Source: a virus. From it: DNA of 6,346 nucleotides. Below are positions 1-3,816 of the stretch, one piece after another. Both the position numbers and the translations under genes were made by a program. Position 1 is the stretch's first letter, and each line of letters starts with the position of its first letter. Below the pieces are notes generated by a model. It saw only the letters and a list, made by a program, of their open reading frames with translations. It was not told the DNA's origin and searched no databases. The stretch is taken from the IMG/VR virus record IMGVR_UViG_3300045988_008366, positions 1 through 6,346 of that record, one strand, 5' to 3'.

Positions 1-55
1 ATTATTGGAACTCCGATACGATGTTTGACCTCAAGTATTGCAACTGGAATAAGGA
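1..55 (+). repeat. Terminal redundancy, copy 1. Identical to 6292..6346 and marks the overlap of a circular genome or assembly.
   Basis: Read directly: attattggaactccgatacgatgtttgacctcaagtattgcaactggaataagga occurs at 1..55 and again at 6292..6346, all 55 nt identical. The offset is 6291 nt, a multiple of 3, so the VP1 frame is kept across the junction. Confidence 0.95.
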
Positions 56-1094
56 TATGTTGATGGGTGTTCTCCCTAACTCTCAGTTTGGTGATGTTGC
101 TGTTCTTGATATTTCCAATTCCGGTAAGCCTGATGTTGTTTTGGGCCATGATAATTTTAATAGTACAGTAGGTACTGCTTCTGCTGTTTCTTCTAACTCG
201 GCCCCAGTTCCTCTCTTTGCTCTTAAGGCTTCTACCTCTAATTCTCTTCCTACTGGTTCTACGCTTCGTGTTGATTTGACTTCTTTGAAGTCTCAGTTTA
301 CAGTTCTTGCCCTTCGTCAAGCTGAAGCTCTTCAACGTTGGAAAGAAATCAGTCAATCTGGTGATAGTGATTATCGCGAACAAATTCGCAAACATTTCGG
401 AGTAAATTTACCTCAATCTCTTTCCAATATATGTACTTATATTGGTGGTATTTCTCGTAACCTTGACATCAGTGAGGTTATAAATAATAACCTTGCCGCT
501 GAAGGTGATACTGCTGTTATTGCTGGTAAAGGTGTTGGTGCTGGTAATGGTTCTTTTACTTACACTACTAATGAGCATTGTGTTGTTATGTGCATTTATC
601 ATGCTGTTCCTTTGCTTGATTATGTAATTTCCGGTCAAGACGGTCAGTTACTTGTAACCGATGCTGAATCTCTCCCGATTCCTGAGTTTGACAACATTGG
701 TATGGAGGTTCTTCCTATGACGCAGATTTTTAATTCTCCTAAAGCTTCTATTGTTAATTTGTTCAATGCAGGTTATAATCCTCGCTATTTTAATTGGAAG
801 ACAAAGCTCGACGTTATCAATGGTGCCTTTACTACTACTCTTAAGTCTTGGGTTTCTCCTGTTACCGAGTCTCTCCTTTCCGGATGGTTTGGTTTTGGAT
901 ATGCTGAAGGTGGTGCTAATAAAGTCAATAAGGTTGTTTTGAATTACAAGTTCTTTAAGGTTAACCCTTCTGTTCTTGATTCTATATTTGGAGTTGCTGC
1001 GGATTCTACCTGGGACACTGACCAGCTTCTTGTCAATTCTTATATCGGTTGTTACGTTGCCCGTAATTTATCTCGTGATGGTGTACCTTACTAG
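1..1094 (+). CDS. VP1: Major capsid protein VP1, C-terminal part. It is truncated at the 5' end by the window edge. The first full codon starts at 3 and the stop TAG is at 1092..1094.
   Basis: The 357-aa track ORF 21..1094 starts at an internal Met. The frame is open from nt 3 and is continuous with 5535..6346 (…NNNYWNSDTMFDLKYCNWNKDMLMGVLPNSQFGD…). Joined length is 1851 nt, or 616 aa, a size typical of Alpavirinae-type capsids. The sequence is jelly-roll capsid-like (…RQAEALQRWKEI…, …NPRYFNWK…). Confidence 0.93.
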   Translation, partial: YWNSDTMFDLKYCNWNKDMLMGVLPNSQFGDVAVLDISNSGKPDVVLGHDNFNSTVGTASAVSSNSAPVPLFALKASTSNSLPTGSTLRVDLTSLKSQFTVLALRQAEALQRWKEISQSGDSDYREQIRKHFGVNLPQSLSNICTYIGGISRNLDISEVINNNLAAEGDTAVIAGKGVGAGNGSFTYTTNEHCVVMCIYHAVPLLDYVISGQDGQLLVTDAESLPIPEFDNIGMEVLPMTQIFNSPKASIVNLFNAGYNPRYFNWKTKLDVINGAFTTTLKSWVSPVTESLLSGWFGFGYAEGGANKVNKVVLNYKFFKVNPSVLDSIFGVAADSTWDTDQLLVNSYIGCYVARNLSRDGVPY

Positions 1095-1109
1095 TTTTTT
1101 GTTTCAATT

Positions 1110-1619
1110 ATGATAGGAAAATTTAATTCTTTGGAATGTTTGGAACAAGGTTCTGGACTTATTCCTAATGTCGCTCCTGATGCTTTTTCTGTTGCTCCTC
1201 AGTTTGATTCTACCGAGGAACTTCGCGTAGAAATTGATGATACTGATGAGTCTCGTCCGATTCGTTACACTTCTGATGTTCGGTTGATTCTTCATTCTAA
1301 GGATTTGGCTTCTCGTGCTGGTCTTGCTGTTGCTTCTAAGTTTGGACAAGGCAACCAATCAACTTCTCAAATTCAGACAATAATGGATACGATGTCTGAT
1401 GATGACCTTCTTGCAACGGTACGTTCTCGTTATATTCAGGCTCCTTCTGAAATCATTGCTTGGTCTAAGGAATTGGCTGCTTACGCTGAGCGTCTTGAGA
1501 CTCAAGCTCAAGAATTGATTGATGCTGAAAATGCTAGACAAGCATTGATTGCTGATGATGCTAAAAACGAGGCAGGAAATGCGGCTGCTGCTTCCGCTGG
1601 TGCTGCTTCCTCTGAATAA
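1110..1619 (+). CDS. Acidic 169-aa protein between VP1 and VP2. Putative internal scaffolding protein (VP3-like). The function is inferred, not recognised with certainty.
   Basis: NNT codon periodicity is strong and the composition is acidic. It has an Ala-rich C-terminus, a predicted helical segment (AYAERLETQAQELIDAENARQALIADDAKNE), and a QAPSEI segment reminiscent of the LPSEL/IR block of gokushovirus VP3. Its position between VP1 and VP2 and the 1-nt stop/start overlap with VP2 (TAATG at 1617..1621) support a morphogenesis-module gene. Confidence 0.6.
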   Translation: MIGKFNSLECLEQGSGLIPNVAPDAFSVAPQFDSTEELRVEIDDTDESRPIRYTSDVRLILHSKDLASRAGLAVASKFGQGNQSTSQIQTIMDTMSDDDLLATVRSRYIQAPSEIIAWSKELAAYAERLETQAQELIDAENARQALIADDAKNEAGNAAAASAGAASSE

Positions 1620-2725
1620 TGGGCTTATTTGGTTCAATCACTGGTGGTCTCCTTGGTCTTGGTGCTTCTTCTGTTCAGAATTCACAGAATAGGCAGAATG
1701 TACGGGAGACCAACCAGATGAATTACAAGATTAATCAGATGAATAACCAGTTCAACGAACGTATGGCGATACAGCAGCGTAATTGGCAGGAGAATATGTG
1801 GAATAAGGAGAACGCTTATAACACTGCTTCTGCCCAACGCCAACGTCTCGAGGAAGCTGGTTTGAATCCTTATTTGATGATGAACGGAGGCTCTTCCGGT
1901 GTTGCTCAGTCTGCCGGAACTGGTGCTACTGCTTCTTCTTCTGGAAATGCTGTTATGCAACCTTTTCAGGCTGATTATTCTGGTATAGGTTCTTCCATTG
2001 GTAACATTTTCCAATACGAGTTGATGCAATCTGAAAAGTCACAATTGCAAGGTGCTAGACAGCTTGCTGATGCTAAGGCAATGGAAACTCTTTCTAATAT
2101 TGATTGGGGAAAACTTACCGATGAAACTCGTGGTTTTTTGAAATCTACCGGATTGGCTCGCGCTCAGCTTGGTTATGCTAAGGAACAACAAGAAGCTGAT
2201 AACATGGCAATGACAGGTCTTGTTTTGCGTGCTCAGCGTTCTGGAATGCTTCTTGATAATGAGGCTAAAGGTATTATGAATAAGTATCTTGACCAACAGC
2301 AACAACTTGATTTGAGTGTTAAGGCTGCGGATTATTATCAGCGGATGGCTGCTGGCTACGTTTCTTATGCTGACGCTAAGAAGGCTATAGCTGAAGAAGC
2401 TTTGGCCGCTGCTCGTGCTCGTGGTCAAGACATTTCTAATAAGGTTGCTTCTTCTATTGCTGAGTCTCAAATTGCTGCTAATATTGCGGCTAATCAATCT
2501 TCTGCGGCTTATCATAGTGAAGAGCTTAGACTAGGTCTTCCTCAAGACAATGCTCGCAGTAAGAATATTGAGGAATGGTATCGTGCTAGGAATGAAAAGA
2601 AAAGGTATAAATATTTTGACGCTGATAAATGGGTCGAATATGGTACTAGTATTGGTAATACTATAGGCAATTTCTTGCCTCGTAGAGTTATTTCTAAGTC
2701 TTTTTCTCGTTCCATTAAACCATAA
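1619..2725 (+). CDS. VP2: Minor capsid / DNA pilot protein VP2 (phiX H functional analogue).
   Basis: The N-terminus is Gly-rich and hydrophobic (MGLFGSITGGLLGLGASSV). The conserved Microviridae VP2 block NAYNTASAQRQRLEEAGLNPYLMM is present. A long Q/A-rich helical centre and a basic C-terminus follow. Size (368 aa) and position fit VP2. Confidence 0.88.
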   Translation: MGLFGSITGGLLGLGASSVQNSQNRQNVRETNQMNYKINQMNNQFNERMAIQQRNWQENMWNKENAYNTASAQRQRLEEAGLNPYLMMNGGSSGVAQSAGTGATASSSGNAVMQPFQADYSGIGSSIGNIFQYELMQSEKSQLQGARQLADAKAMETLSNIDWGKLTDETRGFLKSTGLARAQLGYAKEQQEADNMAMTGLVLRAQRSGMLLDNEAKGIMNKYLDQQQQLDLSVKAADYYQRMAAGYVSYADAKKAIAEEALAAARARGQDISNKVASSIAESQIAANIAANQSSAAYHSEELRLGLPQDNARSKNIEEWYRARNEKKRYKYFDADKWVEYGTSIGNTIGNFLPRRVISKSFSRSIKP

Positions 2726-2746
2726 CTCTAACACTGGTTCTTATAC

Positions 2747-2770
2747 TAATTATAATTATAATTATAGTTA
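2747..2770. repeat. Tandem hexamer repeat TAATTA x3 plus TAGTTA. It contains two TATAAT hexamers and lies just 3' of the VP2 stop.
   Basis: Read directly: taatta taatta taatta tagtta at 2747..2770. It sits in a stretch of about 12% G+C (2741..2800, hand count). Confidence 0.8.
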
Positions 2771-2800
2771 TAAACGTTAGTATTTTTTCATTTACATTTA

Positions 2801-2833
2801 CCCGGCCGTACTCGATACGTGCTGGGTTTTGTT
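2801..2833 (+). terminator. Candidate intrinsic terminator ending the VP4-VP1-VP3like-VP2 transcription unit. It also forms the 5' edge of the GC-rich structured module.
   Basis: The hairpin is cccggccgta-ctcga-tacg(t)gctggg. It has 10 bp, including one G-T pair and one bulged T at 2820, and a 5-nt loop. It is followed immediately by TTTTGTTG (2827..2834) and lies 75 nt downstream of the VP2 stop. Confidence 0.5.
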
Positions 2834-2926
2834 GCTTGGAGTAACTTCTGGCACCGCGCGTAGCGTGGTTATACACCTTCTGAATTTCGGGACGTAGGAC
2901 TGAAATCAGAGCCGTAGGCTATAGTA

Positions 2927-2944
2927 CTGCCACCCTCTAAGCTT
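2927..2944 (+). repeat. Direct repeat copy 1: CTGCCACCC-tc-TAAGCTT.
   Basis: ctgccaccctctaagctt at 2927..2944 compared with ctgccacccatatagctt at 3114..3131. The 9-nt core is exact and a similar TA(A/T)AGCTT tail follows. The copies are 187 nt apart, and both are preceded by a TAG-containing segment. Confidence 0.7.
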
Positions 2945-3113
2945 GACGTTCGCAACGCGTAAGCAATTTCCCGGAGAGCTTCTCTCTGCCGTCGCTGCTA
3001 TACCCCTAAAATGTTATTTGACGAAGTCTACATGAGTTTGCCCGAAGGGAAAGCGATTTACCTCATCGCTTTCAGTTCCCCCTCGTCTGAATAGCGCAAA
3101 CTCACAGACTAGC

Positions 3114-3131
3114 CTGCCACCCATATAGCTT
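3114..3131 (+). repeat. Direct repeat copy 2: CTGCCACCC-ata-TAGCTT. It marks the 3' edge of the GC-rich module.
   Basis: See copy 1. Immediately after this copy the composition drops to about 20% G+C. Confidence 0.7.
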
Positions 3132-3134
3132 CTG

Positions 3135-3167
3135 TTTATTTATGTTAATAATATATGCGTATATTTG
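3135..3167 (+). promoter_or_regulatory. Candidate Bacteroidetes-type promoter (weaker of two). The -7 box is TATATTTG at 3160..3167, with an imperfect -33 TTTA at 3135..3138.
   Basis: It matches the Bacteroides primary-sigma consensus TAnnTTTG. The -33 element is only 3/4 (TTTA) at a 21-nt spacing. Confidence 0.35.
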
Positions 3168-3196
3168 CTTTTTTAAATTTTAAATCCATATATTTG
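3164..3196 (+). promoter_or_regulatory. Candidate Bacteroidetes-type promoter for the small-ORF / peptidase / VP4 / capsid transcription unit. The -33 TTTG is at 3164..3167 and the -7 TATATTTG at 3189..3196.
   Basis: TTTG-N21-TAnnTTTG is an exact match to the published Bacteroides -33/-7 consensus, with spacing in the 19-21 nt range. It sits in an AT-rich stretch about 43 nt upstream of the first downstream ATG with coding periodicity (3239). Confidence 0.5.
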
Positions 3197-3238
3197 TTCT
3201 GTTTTTAAAATCTATGTCTAATTAAAAATTTAAGTGTT

Positions 3239-3412
3239 ATGGAAAATTGTTATTTGTGCTCTGTACAGTCTAAGGTAAATCCTACTCAGAATGAAACTAT
3301 TCTTGTTCCCGTTGAATCTATTTCTGAGTTTGTGTCTTCAACTCTCCGTCCGGATTGTATTCTTATTATTTCTCCATGTTCAACCTTTAAATCAATTTCC
3401 GATGAAAAGTGA
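3239..3412 (+). CDS. Hypothetical 57-aa protein containing CxxC. Called by hand; it falls below the ORF-track length cutoff.
   Basis: Hand translation: MENCYLCSVQSKVNPTQNETILVPVESISEFVSSTLRPDCILIISPCSTFKSISDEK*. This frame carries the genome-typical NNT third-position bias across 3239..3400. The overlapping track ORF 3291..3491 instead has T at second positions there, which is off-frame Leu/Phe noise. I recognise no family. Confidence 0.5.
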   Translation: MENCYLCSVQSKVNPTQNETILVPVESISEFVSSTLRPDCILIISPCSTFKSISDEK

Positions 3413-3491
3413 AACAAAGTCTAAAATTTGGTCTGCAATTATTGCAGCGGCTGTTAGCCTTCTTACTTCTATTGCTCAGATATTTTCTTAG
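3402..3491 (+). CDS. Hypothetical 29-aa single-pass membrane peptide. Possible holin-like or lysis accessory protein.
   Basis: The sequence is MKSETKSKIWSAIIAAAVSLLTSIAQIFS*, a charged N-terminus followed by a roughly 20-residue hydrophobic helix. NNT bias moves into this frame from about 3402. The ATG overlaps the end of the 57-aa ORF by 11 nt, and the ORF ends 16 nt before the peptidase gene. The 66-aa track ORF is probably this peptide with a spurious N-terminal extension. Confidence 0.45.
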   Translation: MKSETKSKIWSAIIAAAVSLLTSIAQIFS

Positions 3492-3507
3492 TCGTAAATC
3501 GTAAGTT

Positions 3508-3816
3508 ATGAATCCTGAATTAATGAAATTTGTTGAGTGGCTTCTCCGTCGAAATCTTCATTTCACTGTCACTTCAGCCTTTCGTACCAAGGAACAGAAT
3601 GAGGCGTGTAATGGTTCTGAAAATTCTCAGCATTTAACTGGAGATGCTATCGATTTAAAGCCTTTGGATTTTTCGGTTGATTCTTTAGTTTATATAATTA
3701 AAGATTCTCCTTTCAAGTTTGACCAACTTATAAAGTATCGTACTTTTGTCCACGTTTCCTTTGCTCGTGGTCGTAAACCTCGTCAAATGGAGCTAAATTT
3801 TACTAATAGAATATGA
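3508..3816 (+). CDS. Zinc metallopeptidase of the M15 family (VanY / D-Ala-D-Ala carboxypeptidase / L-Ala-D-Glu peptidase-like). Putative peptidoglycan hydrolase (endolysin).
   Basis: The signature S-x-H-x-x-G-x-A-x-D is present as SQHLTGDAID (His42, Asp49). It is preceded by an SAFRTKEQNEACNG block (SGYR…N…GG-like) and followed by FVHVS (His82), the third metal-ligand motif. The protein is a compact 102 aa with no signal peptide. Its stop overlaps the VP4 start (ATGA at 3813..3816). Confidence 0.82.
   Translation: MNPELMKFVEWLLRRNLHFTVTSAFRTKEQNEACNGSENSQHLTGDAIDLKPLDFSVDSLVYIIKDSPFKFDQLIKYRTFVHVSFARGRKPRQMELNFTNRI

Larger units (their letters stand above)
2834..3131 (+). other. Hairpin-dense, GC-enriched noncoding element. 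Candidate complementary-strand (single-strand) replication origin of the ssDNA genome, or alternatively an unclassified structured ncRNA.
   Basis: There is no ORF of 60 aa or more on either strand. Hand-counted G+C is 40-57% per 60-nt line, against 12-20% in the flanks and about 37% in coding sequence. Hairpins read by eye: 2834..2852 (8 pairs incl. a T-T mismatch, loop TAA); 2853..2869 (accgcgc-GTA-gcgtggt); 2879..2910 (14 stem positions, with a bulged A and tandem G.A pairs, loop GTA); 2911..2919 (gcc-GTA-ggc); 2941..2964; 2972..2988 (gagag-ctt-ctctc core). A long-range stem pairs 3033..3041 tgagtttgc with 3096..3104 gcaaactca (9 bp). It encloses cc-GAA-gg (3042..3048) and a perfect 8-bp hairpin aaagcgat-TTACCTC-atcgcttt (3050..3072). 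Confidence 0.55.

Noticed and set aside
105-113. CTTGATATT (also TTGATATT at 5590..5597) matches the core of the phiX174 gpA nick site (CAACTTG^ATATTAATAAC). It could be the rolling-circle plus-strand origin.
   Set aside because: The match is short and lies inside VP1, where it simply encodes Leu-Asp-Ile (or Phe-Asp-Ile). CTTGAT-type strings recur many times in this codon-biased genome, and this VP4 is very distant from phiX gpA. The sequence alone cannot separate this from chance.
2853-2920. Three consecutive hairpins sharing a C-GTA-G apex, considered as a mini CRISPR array or a CRISPR-repeat mimic.
   Set aside because: The stems differ in sequence and length. There are no regularly spaced identical repeats with unique spacers. 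Only the triloop is shared, which fits a structural motif rather than a CRISPR repeat.
2853-2935. Local resemblance to 5S rRNA segments (…GCCGTAG…ATAGTACTGCC… versus …GCCGTAGCGCCGATGGTAGTG…), and possible tRNA or tmRNA-like pieces (GTTCGCAAC, CTGCCACCC).
   Set aside because: No full 5S architecture or conserved loop C/E sequences are present. No cloverleaf can be drawn: the T-arm candidate forms only 2 bp, and the 7-nt loop TTACCTC lacks the U33/R37 pattern. There is no CCA-proximal acceptor stem. The similarity is limited to short strings.
3011-3094. A 27-aa ORF (MLFDEVYMSLPEGKAIYLIAFSSPSSE) inside the structured noncoding module.
   Set aside because: It is very short and lacks NNT periodicity. 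It also overlaps the 9-bp long-range stem and the internal hairpins, and these explain the sequence better.
3140-3150. TTATGTTAATA resembles the XerD-binding arm of bacterial dif (TTATGTTAAAT, 9/11). This could be a Xer-dependent integration site for an integrase-less temperate microvirus.
   Set aside because: Only a half-site is present. The 11 nt located 6 nt upstream (atatagcttct) does not resemble a XerC arm ending in CATAA, and no inverted partner exists on either strand. An AT-rich 9/11 match in a region of 17-20% G+C is weak. It is worth rechecking only if provirus junctions map here.
3291-3401. The N-terminal 37 residues of the 66-aa track ORF (MKLFLFPLNLFLSLCLQLSVRIVFLLFLHVQPLNQFP).
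   Set aside because: T sits at codon position 2 here, giving Leu/Phe noise, because the real third-position T signal belongs to the overlapping 3239..3412 frame. Only the part from ATG 3402 has coding periodicity.
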